A DNA stretch of 64,000 nt from Nymphaea colorata (taxonomy: Eukaryota), in NCBI RefSeq assembly GCF_008831285.2, contig NC_045138.2:27652001-27716000 (forward strand), given 5' to 3'. Both the position numbers and the translations under genes were made by a program. Every line of letters begins with the position of its first letter. Positions within the stretch are counted from its first letter, which is position 1. Shown here piece by piece: positions 41,439 to 55,900 of this stretch. The notes beneath the pieces were generated by a model, which saw only the letters and a list, made by a program, of their open reading frames with translations, made no database searches and was not told where the DNA came from.

Positions 41439-43711
41439 GCTTGTAAAGTTGTGTTTGATAGCCTCAAATCTTAGATCCGATGCTGCATTAAAAGATGAAT
41501 TTTAAAAGATTTTCAATTTAGACAAACTAAAGATCTTAGTAAAGTGGATCTTAAATCCACATTGTATATATAAACTCGTGAATTTAAGGTCTGATTGTTT
41601 GGGGAAGAGGTTCGACCTTAAAGGCCACCTCAAAAAATCTAAGGCAAACTCCTCAAACATTTGGTTGGAGATCACTACTTATGATCGGTCGGCGACCACT
41701 TATTGGCCGAAAGCCCGACATATGTATATATATGTGTGTGTTAAGCCAAAACTAAGTTGAACCGAGCCCGACTGATCTGACTCAGAATCGGACGGGCCCT
41801 GCCCCATGCCGGGTTGTAGGAATCAGCTCCCTACTTTGCATGGTGGGTGGGATTTTTCACGTACACTTTGTCACGGGCTTCAACAACAACATGGCTTAAG
41901 ATTGACTCAGGAAGCCCTGGCTATGCTTACGTACGGGTCTGCCTAGGGTGTCCTTCAATTTACAAAGATTTGGCTGCAAACTTAGGGTGGAAAACCCGAT
42001 ACGGACAAAGTTGGTCTTCTCTGTTTCGAATCGGGCAAGTAATTTGTGTGGAAAGCTGGAATCTGTATGCAATCATTTTGGATCTGAAATGAGCCCGTTC
42101 AGTTTTCTGGGTCAGATGAGAATTGGGCATGGATCAAAATCTGAATCTGGGTTTTCTTAATGAACCTAATTAGGATGGTTTATTGGAATCTCCCTTCTCC
42201 TTTATCATGGTATTCGATAATCAAATCAAACCTATTGGAGAATTGCATCATTCCGCCATGATCAAATTTTTTTAGCTCCAAGATGATCTACTGTAAGGTA
42301 CTTGTGTTTAATTTCTTAGCCACGTATATAGGCATTAGAACTAGAAGACCTAGTGTAACTTTTAAGTAGATAGGCCCTTAGGTTGAGTTTGTTCACCACA
42401 TATCACAAATAGTAGCAAGATATTACCGAGGATTTCAAATTCATGGGTTTAAGGTCGGACTTCCCCACCATTAGACCTTAGGTTGCATTTGATAGATTCA
42501 GATCTTAGATTCGAGGATGCATTAAAACGTGTTTTGGGAGATTTGAGGATTTCAATAGCATGGATCTTAAATCTATGCTGCATGTTAAAAATCATGGATT
42601 TAAGATCGAATTGGAACGGGGAAGGGGTCCACGGTGAAACAAACGCAACCCAAGTGCATGGTTTTTTATATATAGCATGAACTTGAAATCCATTCCATTG
42701 AGATCTTATGTTTGTTTAAACTTGAAATCTCACATGGTACAACTTTTGAAGCAGCTTAGAATCCTATCAAATAGGACCCAAGTAAATACTCATAAATAAT
42801 GGACACTCTTTTATTTCATTCTCCACATAAATAATGGACACTCTCTTTAGTAAATCGTAATGTTTTCATTTTACACCTTTGGTTGTTCTCAGGCAGGGCG
42901 ATTTACCATAAAGAAAGTGGTAATTGTCCAATTAAACAGCCACAGCAGAACCAGCAAGCTACTTTAAGATGGAAATCAAGTTAAATATTGAAAATGATAA
43001 CATACTGTTTCATAACAGTTGTAAAGATTATGACAGATTCATAAAACAATGTGCAGTACAATTTTTGTCCACATATTTTACTTGTCCTGTTGTCCAGTTG
43101 TTCAAAGTATTCTTACAAATAAAGACAACCAAAACCTTAAAGAGAAGCAGTAAAAACTCAAAATGTTTGACAAGGAGAAAGCAAAAGGGTGCGGACGCGT
43201 CCCAGGAGTCCCTTGTTAGCTAGCCTGGAGAGAAGCGACCGGAGATGTACTTCATGTTCAAACGTCAGTCGTCAGTTGATGGGGGGAACGCCGGAAGGGA
43301 AGGGCAGACAGTACATCAGTGATATCTCATTAACGACTGCAATGCAGGTCGCCGGTCACAAATGAAAAGAACGTAGGGGACGGGCGGCAGGGTCCGTTTG
43401 AAAGAAGGTTTTGACAGATGCTCCTTCCTTCGAGAGGGGAGACGCCGGTAGCGGACTCAGGGAAGGGCGGGCCGGCGGCGTCGTGTCCATCTCTCTTTTG
43501 GGAACGACTGTTTGAAGAGCGACGGCAAAATTCGGACTTCGCGGCAGAGGGGAGGGCGGAGAAACCGAGATAGAATGGCGCCTAGTAAATTGTGGTACTT
43601 CACGTGGGTAGGGACGGGAATTCAGTTATCAACTGCGGGAGAAAATCAGAATTCGGAGAAGAGAATGGTGAAAATTTAAAAATAATACAGAGTAAGGCAG
43701 TCAGAAGCAGG

Positions 43712-43820
43712 AAGAGAGAGAGAGAGAGAGAGAGTGGAGGGAGGGGTTAAGCGGACGGAGAGGGAAAGCAGAGGGACGGCGACGGACGGAGTCCTCCATC
43801 ATCCAAAAGTATTCTCTCTT

Positions 43821-43852
<32 letters not shown>
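43712..43852. repeat. (GA)n and (CT)n tracts at the putative promoter / 5' leader of the kinase gene
   Basis: gagaga run at 43712-43734 and ctctct run at 43813-43852, downstream of a GC-rich block (43180-43640). Confidence 0.8.
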
Positions 43853-45532
43853 CATTATTTTCTTTGTTCCTCGGCTTCTTTTGAACAGAATGCTGCTTTT
43901 TGTTGGTGAAGTTATTGTCCGTCCGTCAGTCTGGCGTCTTCTTCTTATTCTTCTTCCTGTAGCTGAGTTTGACGTTGTTGGTCTCTTTGTTCCGTGAATT
44001 CTTTGACTGCGTTCTACCGCCGGCAGGTGAAATTCTTCTTCTTCTTTTTCTTCTTTACATCTCGAGTGAATGTGCAACTGTTCGCCTTGTTTATTTAGCT
44101 GCTTCCGTCAAGCGATTCTTCTTCTCTTCTTCTCTCTAAAGATGCTTCACTGTTCTCTTTCTTCGTCGAATTTTGTTTAACTGCATTTTCGTTATCAGGA
44201 CTCTCTCTCTCTCTCTCATTGTTTTTCTCAGATTTTTAACTGAGTTTCTTCTTTTTCAGAGTTCATCTTGATGAATGTTTGGACACGTTTCGAGACGGAA
44301 CATGGTGAAGAAGGAGGCTGCGAGCTTGCTAGGTTTGTTTGACTTTCTGTGGTTTGTGTCTTCACTCATTAATGTCTGCTTATTCCTCGATGTCGTTTTT
44401 TTCTTTCTTTTTTTTTTTTTTGTTAAAATTTACCGCATTGTCTGCTCCTTTCACGTCTTTCGAGATCTTGAAGAAGAGCTCCTTTTTTAAAGCATTTTTT
44501 TTCTTTTATCCAGAGCAATGTTTCGATTTTTTCATCAGTTTTTCTGGAGCTCATGAAGAATTCTGGTACTTTAACGTTGCAGAGTTTTTAGGTTTCTGCT
44601 ACGAAGGATTTTCACTGTAGAGCTCTAGCTGAAATGGGGGAGAGAAATCGCGGTTTCCGGTGATACAGTGCGGTCTTCCAACGCTTGTTTGGTTCTTTTC
44701 TGTGAATACTCAGCTTGCAAGTGTTAGAACTGCCTAGTTCATTTGCAAGCAAGAGCCAATGCTCTTTTTCTGCTGCTGGCTTGGGGAACATTGGACAGAC
44801 AGATGCTCGCATTTTAGTTTGTGGTTCTGTTGAATTTGAGAGGCTCTGCTACCACTTCTGTAGACGTTGTTGAATTAAATATTGGTTCTTGTGCTTCCCA
44901 TTCCCGAGGTTGGTTACATTGCACCTTGTTTTCTTCTGCTGCTATTTGGAGGTTTCTTGTTTCCATCCGCAAATTTCGGTTCGATCTTCGGGACAGAAAT
45001 TTACGATGCTTCTTGGTTCAGAAGCACCTTTCTGGGTTCGAAGCTAGGATTTCGGTGCAAGCTGTTCATTCTCCTTCTGGCGGAGAAATACCCCTCCCTG
45101 TTCCGCCGTAGCAAGATTCTAAGTCTTCTGTATATCTTCCACAGTTCCACCTTCTTCGAAACAAGGCTGCAGGGGCAGCAATCTGAATTCTGTTTTGCTT
45201 TTCACAATCTCCTGACTGGCTTCATTTTAGTTTTATCGAAGAGGATCCTATTTATCGAGAACAGGAAAGGGCATTGTCTTAACTATTGCCGAATAGTGAG
45301 GATTTTTAGAGGCATGAGCCCTTATGGTGGAAAAGGGTGTGATGAGGGAGCTATTTCTTTTGCTTTCTTTCTTCTGACGAGTCCCTTTTGCTGCTCGCTT
45401 TTCTGCTCCACCATTAAAAGAAAAAGGGCAGTCGTTTCCGCTGGAGGGCCTGAGGTTCGAGAGAGCTAAATGACGTTTTTTTGAAGTGGATTCGGCGGGA
45501 GGTTCTTAGAGCGGGATCGTCGAGACAGTGCG

Positions 45533-48500
45533 ATGAGCACCAACCTGCATTTGAGGCGCGGAAGGCAGGAGAAAGGGTTCGATGTTGCGGAGAAGGTTGT
45601 GGTTGCTGTTAAGGCATCTAAAGAGATTCCAAAGACAGCACTTATCTGGGCTCTCACTCATGTTGTTCAGCCTGGGGACTGTATAACTCTCTTGGTGGTG
45701 GTTCCGGCACAAAGTTCAGGTACTGTGATCCCCCATTACTTCCTTCTTGTTCACTGTAGAAATTGTGGCTGGTTAGCTTGGCCGTTTTGCCGATGTGCTG
45801 TAGCTGGATTTAATGTTAGTCACCCTTGGGCCAGTGCGATAAAAATGGGTTTCCTTCTATAGCAGTAAAGTACGGGAGTAAGATTTTCACTGTTATGTAG
45901 TTGTTTATGGCTAGAAGATGGTTGTTTATTCCATGCGAATGGGTGGTTGATGATTCGGCTGATGCTGAGGAGCTTCAAGTGTGGAAGGAAGTAATATTTA
46001 GCCATTCGGTACTTTAATTTTGGTAACCGAGAACTTTGATTTTGTTAGATATGGGCTTTAATGAATAGTCAACATTTTTTTGCTCGGTCTTTCTTGGTGA
46101 GTATTTTTTTTTTCCTTTTTTGCAAAAGCAGTCTTTCTTAGAAAAAGTATCTTTTGATTTTAGGAAGTTATAAAAGATAATTTAAACAATATACAAATAA
46201 TTGGTTCTTTGGAAATATAAATCAAATGAAATTTATAAAATATATAAAAAGTTTTGGAAAAAGCACTTACAATATATAAAGAAGAACCTCTTCTGGAATT
46301 TCACAATGGTGTCCTTTGGCAAATGCTGCGTTCAGTCAATATCTTCACGTTTCATCTAGTGTGACGATATCGGGTGATATTTATGTCTATCCCTTGGCTT
46401 AGTTAGCCTAGTATGCTCTCTGGTCTGAGTGTTGCCTATAATCTGCCATGAGGAGAGATGCGTCACGAATTCTATCTACATTTTAGAGGGACCTGCCAAG
46501 TCTGTGCCTTTATGTCATTTCCATGAGAAAAGAATAAGCAATAATGAAGATTCCGGAGGTATAGTGTATACTGAATTGGAATATGTGAGGCCATAAGCTG
46601 ATCGTGGGAAGGGCCTTATAATTGATATGATTTATGTAACGTACGATTGTTCAGAATGAGTTTCACATCTAGGCTGCTTGTAAGTTCATTTGAAGTTCCT
46701 AACACTTTCTTGTCTGGTTGTCAAATCTGGTCTTGGTCTATCCCATTGTATTCCAGGTAAAAAGTTCTGGGGCTTCCCTAGGTTTGCTGGTGACTGTGCA
46801 AGCGGGCATAAGAAGTCTTCTCATCTGGGTACTACTGCAGAGCATAAAAGTGAGATTACAGATTCATGTTCTCAGATGATGCTGCAGCTACAAGATGTTT
46901 ATGATCCCAATAAGGTGAACAAAGTTTTCTTTCCCTCTGGTCTTTTCTTTCAATACTTTGAACTGTATTCGCTCAAAACACTTCCATCTGGCTCACCCCA
47001 TTCAGCTGGTCTGGTGATTCCATAGCACTGGAATTGGAATTGTAACTGCCTTTGGAGGTTATGCCTGCTTTGTGTCTAATGTTATAACTGTAACTGATAT
47101 GTTTTATGTGAATGACCAAATTTTGTTGTATTGCTAGTTCATTTTTTCTAGTTTTATCCATTGGCAATTATATCTTCATGAGCAATTTTCCATGAGGAAC
47201 ACCTTACTTACAGGCACCGATGCTGCCAAATGATGTTAATCAGAATTTTCATCATGGTGCAGATAAACATCAAGATAAAGATAGTCTCTGGGTCTCCCTG
47301 TGGTGCTGTGGCTGCTGAAACCAAGAGAGCGCAAGCAAACTGGGTCATATTGGACAAGTAATATTTAATTATAAAATTTTTGTCATAGTTTGTCCCATGT
47401 AAAGTGTTATGGATGCTACTTAATTTCTTAGCGAATTATAATCATTTTTATTCATTTTCTGAACTGAGTAATATCAGGTTTTTTTTTTTTTTGGGCTCTC
47501 TAAATTTCCAACTTTTGCTCATCTGTTGATCTTATAATTCAATCTTTTTCTTTCGTAAAGGCAGCTAAAGCAAGAAGAAAAACACTGTGTTGAGGAGCTG
47601 CAGTGTAATATTGTGGTTATGAAACGATCACAGCCAAAAGTTCTCCGCCTCAATTTAGCTGGATCCCCAAAAACAAAAGCCCATTCCGCATCTGCTTTGT
47701 CCTCTGAGCTGGAGAGCTCTGAGATTACTTCCAAAAGTCTTTCCAATCAATCGAGTGCTTTAAGAGCGCCAGTGGTGACTCCGACAAGCACTCCAGATGT
47801 TGGGACCTCATTTACCACTACTGAAGCTGGGACGGGAATTTCCTCAATGTCAAGTTCAGATCCTGGAACATCTCCCTTTGCTACTGGACACAAGGGTGGT
47901 TTGTCCTTGAAAAAGGAATTGGCGGCAAATGGTGATGAAGCAAGTGAATCTGGAGAACCGGGAATATATTCTGATTCAGAAAGTGGTAGTTCAGGTCCAG
48001 TCTCAACAAGTTTAGAATTCCAATATTGGACTTCTGGTCATAGATCCTCATCAAAACGAGACAAGAGTTCATATTTTAACAATACAACTACAACTGCCAC
48101 AACAAAAGCACTCCTTGAGAAAATATCAAATATGGAAATTGGTTCTGCTGGGAAGACAAATTATCAGACAGATTCAACTTTATCAACTAATGTTAGAGAA
48201 GCAATTTCTTTGTCAAGAAATGCTCCTCCAGGCCCTCCTCCACTTTGCTCAATATGTCAACACAAAGCACCGGTGTTTGGAAAACCTCCTAGGTCGTTCA
48301 GCTACGCAGAACTGGAGCTTGCAACTGGTGGGTTTTCACATGCAAATTTTCTAGCAGAAGGCGGATTTGGCTCTGTTTACCGAGGAATTTTGCCTGATGG
48401 ACAAGCCATTGCTGTCAAGCAGCACAAACTGGCAAGCTTCCAAGGGGATCTGGAGTTCTGCTCTGAGGTAGAAGTTCTTAGCTGTGCACAACACCGAAAT

Positions 48501-50999
48501 GTTGTGATGCTGATTGGCTTCTGTATAGAGAACAGGAGAAGATTGTTGGTTTATGAGTATATCTGCAATAGGTCGCTGGATTACCATCTCTATGGTAACA
48601 CATCTATCCTCCGCTTGTGAAAGTACAGTTGTATTCAATAATTATTATTATTATTAAGTAGTGGTAGGATTAGTATTGTTTTCGTCAGCAACAGCAAATT
48701 TCAGGAGAGAAGACAACTGGAATGCTGATGCTTCTAGTTTGAAAAAGGAAGTCAAAATCGTTGTTTTATTAGCTGTGTGCTGTGGCAAAGTCTTCCACGG
48801 TTCCACCTTTTTCAATTAGCTTCTAGTATGACTGCAAAATTCATTGAGCCCACATGTTTCAAATAACTTGTGAAATTTCTCCTTCTTGATTTGTTTTTAG
48901 CCATTTAGCCCATATCTGGCTCACTTTTTTACCACACTTCTTCTAAGTTTCTAATGTGACTGATTTCTTTTCTTGCCGCTGTTGTCATCTGCAGGGGATA
49001 GCAAAGAGCCATTGGAATGGCCTGCTCGACAAAAGATTGCAATTGGTGCTGCTCGAGGATTGCGGTATCTACATGAAGAATGTAGAGTTGGCTGCATAGT
49101 TCATCGTGATATGAGGCCAAACAACATTCTTATCACCCACGATTTTGAACCTTTGGTATGTCTGCTTTTGATTTTCTTTTAATATTTTTGTGATTCATCA
49201 AATTGCACCAACTGCATTTTTTTAGCTTTAGGGTTTAGTTATCTGCTATTTATGTTGACAGGCAGATACTCCAGTTAATGCTAGGTGAAATTCATAAAAC
49301 ATCCTGCTTTACTTGAATCCAAAAGTATTTCTTCCTCAATTTCCATTAATCATGATTTTTTCACTTTATAATTTAGTTCTTAGCTCTCTAAGCTGAAAAT
49401 CATCTTTCCAGTTAATGACAAAGTTCTAAACAAAATTAGCTGTACTTTGACTTCCTTTGTGTTGTTTTAAGATTCAGCAATTAGATTTAACAATGCATAT
49501 AATAGTTTTTCATAATAAGCAGTCCACTATAAGGTTTTCCTGATTTTTTGTGTCAGTTCAGTGGCAAAATCTAATCCCCGGATCTTTAACTATGTCATGT
49601 CAAATCAAAATTCTTCCCAAACCGCACTAAAGAACAAAGGGCATTCAAATGTGCAAAACTTGCCCAGTTCGCACATGGCTTAGCAGTAGCTGGTATAAAT
49701 GTTGCTATTTTCGTGACATTATGACTTTCCTTACCCTTACCCGTTTTTCTGTAAACACAGTACTATCAGTGTCTGATCCTTAACTCTGTTCTACTTTCCC
49801 AGTTGCATTGCCATTATTGCCTTGTTATCTGTTCCCTGCCCTGGCATTACTTGCAAAAAGAACAAATCTCAACGAGACTAATTATTATTTTGTTACTGGT
49901 GAAGGTTATAGTGTGCAGCCTACGAGTCTTTTCAGGCGACAATATTTCACTCATCTTCCATGTTTATTCTTTTTATCCGTTTCTTGGTGTGCGTTCTTGA
50001 CTTGCTTGCCAGATTCTTCAGTTATTGATCAAGTAAACCTTTTCAGGTAGGTGATTTTGGCTTGGCAAGATGGCAGCCGGATGGTGATCGAGGAGTGCAT
50101 ACGCGAGTAATAGGGACCTTTGGGTAAGCGCATGCATGTGTGTGTATGCCTAAACTTTAGTTGGTTCTGGACATGTTTCTAACTAAAATCACTGTATGGA
50201 ATAAAGGTACCTAGCGCCAGAGTATGCCCAGAGTGGCCAAATTACGGAGAAGGCAGATGTATACTCATTTGGAGTTGTTTTAATGGAACTTGTTACAGGG
50301 CGGAAAGCTGTTGACATACATCGCCCCAAAGGCCAACAGTGCCTCACAGAATGGGTAACAGATCTAGTCAGTAGATTCACCCCTAATAGGTCTCACTATT
50401 GTTATTACTCACTAAATGTTTCTGAATCATATTGTTCATTATTGTGACCTGCTGGTTCTGGTTGTGCTTGTATTGCCATCATTCGTTTATGCTTACAATG
50501 TGCCCGTCGTTATAATACATGCTCAGGCGCGCCCTTTGTTAGACGAACAAGCTATTGACGAATTAGTGGACCCAAGATTGGGAAGCCGATTTTCAGAACA
50601 TGAAGTCCTTTGTATGTTGCATGCTGCATCACTGTGCATCCAGAGGGATCTACATTCAAGACCTCGTATGTCTCAGGTGATATGTTCATCCCAAAAAGCT
50701 TATCTTAGTGCCCATATTGCTCCATGTCGTTTTTATGTACTTAGCTCGCCTTTTCTCACATTCCACTCCTCTACTGCAAATAGGTTCTCCGAATTTTAGA
50801 GGGCGATGTGATGATGGAGGCTGGTTTTCTGCCACTGCAATCCTTGGATCCGTTGCCCATTGAAAGGGGAAGCAGAAGGATGCGGGACGAGCAACAGCAA
50901 CAGCAGAACAGTGGACCGATCATGGAGGAGACTACTTCAGCATCTGGCGTGGACATGTCATACAGGTCTCTCAGAACTTTTTACTGGGATCATGAGTAG
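45533..50999 (+). CDS. Receptor-like cytoplasmic kinase with N-terminal USP-like (adenine nucleotide alpha hydrolase-like) domain, 9 coding exons
   Basis: Exons 45533-45719, 46757-46914, 47263-47357, 47561-48594, 48995-49155, 50047-50123, 50207-50354, 50527-50676, 50784-50999. Motifs: [97 protein letters not shown]. Confidence 0.94.
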
Positions 51000-52958
51000 A
51001 TGAGGCGCGTCTCGTGTGACGATCTTTAAAGCCCGACTGAAGTGAAGCTTGAATGCCCTGCGGAGCCCGAGTCTTCTTCACGTCATTTGGCTGCTTGGTT
51101 TGACCTCCGACCTCTCGTAAAGGCCTGAGGTTAGCTTCAGTTATCGACTTTGGTGAATTAGTCCCAATTTTGCTCCATATATTTTCCATGTACAGCGTGA
51201 TTAAGCCGAAGTGCTAATGAGCAGTATCTATTTTAGGACTCTCTCGAGATTGTTGAATTGCAGAGCCTGGGAATATTCCTTTGTGTTCTTTTGAATCCAT
51301 CCAGGGACCTTTTTTACGAAAGATCTCTCCGAGGGTCAGACAATTTAATGGGGTTCCCTAGAAAGAGTTGTCAACTCTCTGTATCTCATCACGGTTACTC
51401 CATGGCCGATCGGCAATTAATAATGGGTGTATATAAAGGGTTTCAGTGTGTTTTTCAACAGAACAGACTTTGTCCAAGTTTTAGTTCAAATGTAACCAGT
51501 AATCGATTATCTTGACTTTGCATCGAAAATCGATTATTTTGAAACTAAACCCAGAGATCTTGTCTGACTACTTGGCAAATCTGACAAGACCCACTTGTGC
51601 CCCCGCGGGAGCTCTTGATCTTCAGATCTAAGAAAATCTGCTGCCCACTATGGGACTCCTCCCATACGAGAATTTTTTTGGAACAGTACTTACTATAAAG
51701 CAATGTTGCCGGCCTGAAGAGAGGTGCGCTCTCTAGGTTACCTTTTATTTGAAGCAGAGGAAACTACTTTGCAATAGTTAACAGGTAAAGAAATCATGCA
51801 ACATTGAAATTTCTTGGAGAAATAGGGTGGGTACATGTATTAACTGAGTCTGATGCTTTCAGCCTTCACTAATTTCTACCACTCAAAAAGGAAAGGCTTC
51901 ACTAGTTCCACTACAAGCACCTATGGACAAAAAAAAAAAAATTACAGGCAGGGTTTGGATTCATCGTCATGAAGATCCTAAATAACCAGCGTAAGTCTAT
52001 GACTGCCATCATTGTTTTGTCACTGGAAGTAGTAATATTTCGACAACATGCCAGTCTCAAATGAACATCTTCAATTAGAGGACATTTCAATAAATTATTT
52101 GCATACATTAGCCGTATAATATGTTAAACAAGTTCCATTATTGAATTACAAACTCGCGGAGTTGAATTAAGCACCTACTCAAATTCGGCTTAAACAAAAA
52201 GCTTTCTTTGTGACATACAAGCTCGACTTTATGAACTACACCAAGAGCCTAAGGACGCGGAGTCGAATGTAATACGAAAAGCTTGGCCTGTTTGCCAGCC
52301 TTAAGAGAGAAATCGTAGTTGTCAGTAAGGTTTCGAGGAATTGGAGCGAGAAATTCAGTCATGACAGCATTGGAGAATATTGGAAAATTTGCCGGCAGCA
52401 GCCTCGGTTCAAATTTTTAAAACACGCAGAAAGCTCTGCCGCAGACCAACATTCGACACGTAGCAATCCTCCTCTGAATTCTTCAAGACGTCTTTATGAC
52501 AGAAATATTGTTAAACTCGCTGTTTAATAGCACACAGACTGTTCAAGAGCACTAAATTTATACATCATCAGGAAATCAACGGTACCCCAATCAAGAGAAA
52601 TGTGGCTGCTAATATTAAGAAAAGGGTGAACATGCACAAAAAAAGAAAAGACACGTCTAGAAAAGAAGAAAGCAAGCACAAATGATGATCAACACAAATA
52701 ATTGACGAGATAATGAGTCCAAACTCAAAGACTAACGCTTTGGTTATAACAACTCCTAAAGACCTTCTAACCATGAACGCTAGATCAAAATTGAACACAA
52801 GTTCAAGCAACAGATAGAAAAAGACAACAGTTTGAATATACATCATTGAAAACAGTTTTAGATACAGGAAGCCTCATTATTCGTGTGGATCCTTGCATCA
52901 ACTCCTTAAAAGACGGAATGGAAGAAATAAAGAAACAAGCATCCGACATTGACAAGTT

Positions 52959-55900
52959 CTACTTTCCACCAAGTGTGGGGAACTGCCCTGGATCTTCAAT
53001 AGAAGGAGCAGCTGGTGCATTCAGACTGCCACCAGCAAAGCCCCCTCTAAACCCTCCACGATCACCACGTCCCCTCCCACGACCTCTTCCTCCACTGTAG
53101 TACCTTTCTCCTTCAGCTGGCTTTAAGAATTCATTGATACTAAGGGCCTGTCAAGGGGATCAAAAATTGAAATAAATAGAAGATAGCCATGGCATGCAAA
53201 ATAACTAAAGGAATGCATGCTTGAAAACGTGACAAATATCGAAGAACAAATTAAGTTTATTCAATTAAGCTTCATAGCATGGTGACATTATCCATCTTCC
53301 ATGTCACATTGCTGCAGGTGAGACTTGAGAACACATAGCACTTTCAGGTAAGTTAGGGATCTGTTGCAATGGCAATTGCCCTCTCCACAAGAATCTTTGG
53401 CAGAAGATATGATAAGCTTATTGCCAGTGGCAGAGAAACATGTAGGCATGTGTGGGGCACTTGCCCACATGGTTCCACCAAAATTTATACAAATTTCAGG
53501 CTCCACCACTGCCTACTGCAGTCCTCCATACACAAATGAAGCTAGAGCTATTGATTCAGTTTGCAATAGCGTTGATGTAGATGTGTGAATTGTCAGCATG
53601 ATTCATATTGTCAGCACAATGCACAATGCTGGTTCATGAAATGAAACTAATGAATTCAGAAGTGGTTCTTGAGAGAAGTCCAAGCTTTTAAGACCAGCCA
53701 GGCTTGCTGCAACAGTGAATTATTTCGCAATGCATACATTATGCCAAAAACATGCAATAAATATGACTGTGCCACGTACCTTTTTCATTCTCTCTTCCTT
53801 GTCATAACTTTCCTTCCGTTTATTCAAATCTTTCTCGGACCCCTATGAGACACCAATATAAAACAATCAAAACAAGGAAACTTGTAAAAAATGACCATCA
53901 AACAGCTCAACTAAAAAGACATTTTGGTTACTACAGTTAAGCCTTATAGAACAAGAAAGTGGACTGACCAATTTAATAAATACATCATCATTTCCTTTCT
54001 TCAGCGAGAGTTGTTGCATAGACTCAAGCTCTTTGTCTAGGACAACCTTCCTCTCCTCAGCCTTCGTTGCAAGTAAAGCTTTTCTCTTTTCCTCTAAGAT
54101 CTTTTCATACTCTTCAAGAGTCATTTCCTTTTAATAAAAAAAGCCAGAGATTCAGAAATTATGTACTCAAAGTTTCAGAGAAAAACAAAAAACAGATATG
54201 TAATGCAAATGCAACTGAATGTCAATAAGCAAGCACAAGCACTAGCTTGAAATGCTGTCAAATGCCAGTTACTAGTAGACAATAACTAAGAGGCACAAGA
54301 ATATAAGTAATAGAAATACAGCTTACTAACAATAGATTTGAATGGCCAGTTCGACATCAGATATCGCAAAATCCATCAGAAAATAACATGAACGTACTGC
54401 TGTCAAATCCCAACTACTGGAGAATGGCCAGTTCGACGTCAGATAGGATAATATCAGAAAATCCATCAGAAATAATATGAACGTATTAAATTTGGAAACA
54501 AATATATGGGATAAAAAAGAATACAAACTTCTATACTCTTCTCTACAGCCTTTTGTTATTTCTTTCCAACAATAATTTTGATTTTCAAATATCTTATGGA
54601 CATTAATACTGTTAGATGGATCAGTCCCACAATTTCATTTATAAGACAACAGTTCAGTCTGGTGTGAAGAATTGGAACTGGAAGTAACAGCCTTGAATGA
54701 AAACATGGGAAAATCTCAGAACCTGCTTGAAGCTGGTATTGAAGAGCTCCAGGATCTAGAAAACAAACAAAACTCCGAGTCATCAACATAAATCTATGTA
54801 CCAGAAACTCACTTCTAAGAGGGTTTTGAGAGTTCAGATCAGCAATACACGGATCTGATGTGGTATCTACTTGGCATGAGCACCATGTCTGTTTTGGCAA
54901 AGCAAGTGTCCAACATCCTAAAAAGCTGAGGATCCCATACATTAACTGCCCCAAGATTGTGAACGTCAGAACAGAAGGGGTTTCATTCTGAGATCCATGG
55001 GTCTCCAATCTTCAGTACTGAGTAACAAGACTCAAAAGCACCCTAATTCTGATAACCAAGGCCATCAGAAGTGATCCACCAGGAAAAGATAAAACCAAAA
55101 TATATCTTTATTCCACATTAATGGAGTCCTTGCAGACCCAAATATTTGGTAATACAGAATAGATCATAGGAGCACAGTGAATAGAAAACATAAAATAGCA
55201 AAGGAGTTACCTTATCCTCTGGCTCCTTTTCTTCTGCTTCATTAGAAGCATCTTCTTTGTTTGCCTCTCCAGGAACATTTTCATTCTCCGGCTGCTTTTC
55301 AGGTGTCATGCTCTTCTCTTCAGTAGTTGCAAGCTCCTCTGTTGCTCTGAATCATTAATAGCAATTGCACAATAAATAACATTCTTAGCCCATGGTCAGA
55401 AAATGCATTAATCAATATAACCAGCACATGAATATTTTGTACAGGATAGAAGGCACTCATACACATGAAAAACAATAGCATGCATGTGAAGAGTTACTCA
55501 ACTGGATAAAAGTTTCATCAGCTGGAGTTCCCCAATTTCCTCGACCTGATCCCTCCCGTTTAAGTTCGGTGCCACGACCTGTTCCACTACGGCGCTCAAA
55601 TTGCCTTCTTGGACGTTGAGAATCACCTGTCTCTCCATTTCCATAACCACCACGACGACCACCACGGTAAGGAGGACGAGGTCCACCATAGCCACCACGA
55701 CCCCTTTCAGAAGGCCTTCCCACTTCTCCATCTTCACCCAAATTTGAGCCTCCTGTGAACCCATTGTTATAGGAACCTTCATTCGAACTGAAATCCCTAA
55801 ACTGCCCACCTCCATGGCCTCCACCACGTCCAACCCCACGGCCACCTCGACCACCACGACCAGAAGAAGGTTCATTCCTAGTCTCCCTCACTGTTAATTA

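Noticed and set aside
49095..49130. Kinase catalytic loop HRDMRPNN (Arg in place of the usual Lys) as a novel pseudokinase change
   Set aside because: As far as I recall, this loop is the normal state of this USP-domain kinase subfamily. VAVK-like, DFG and APE motifs are present, so it is not locus-specific.
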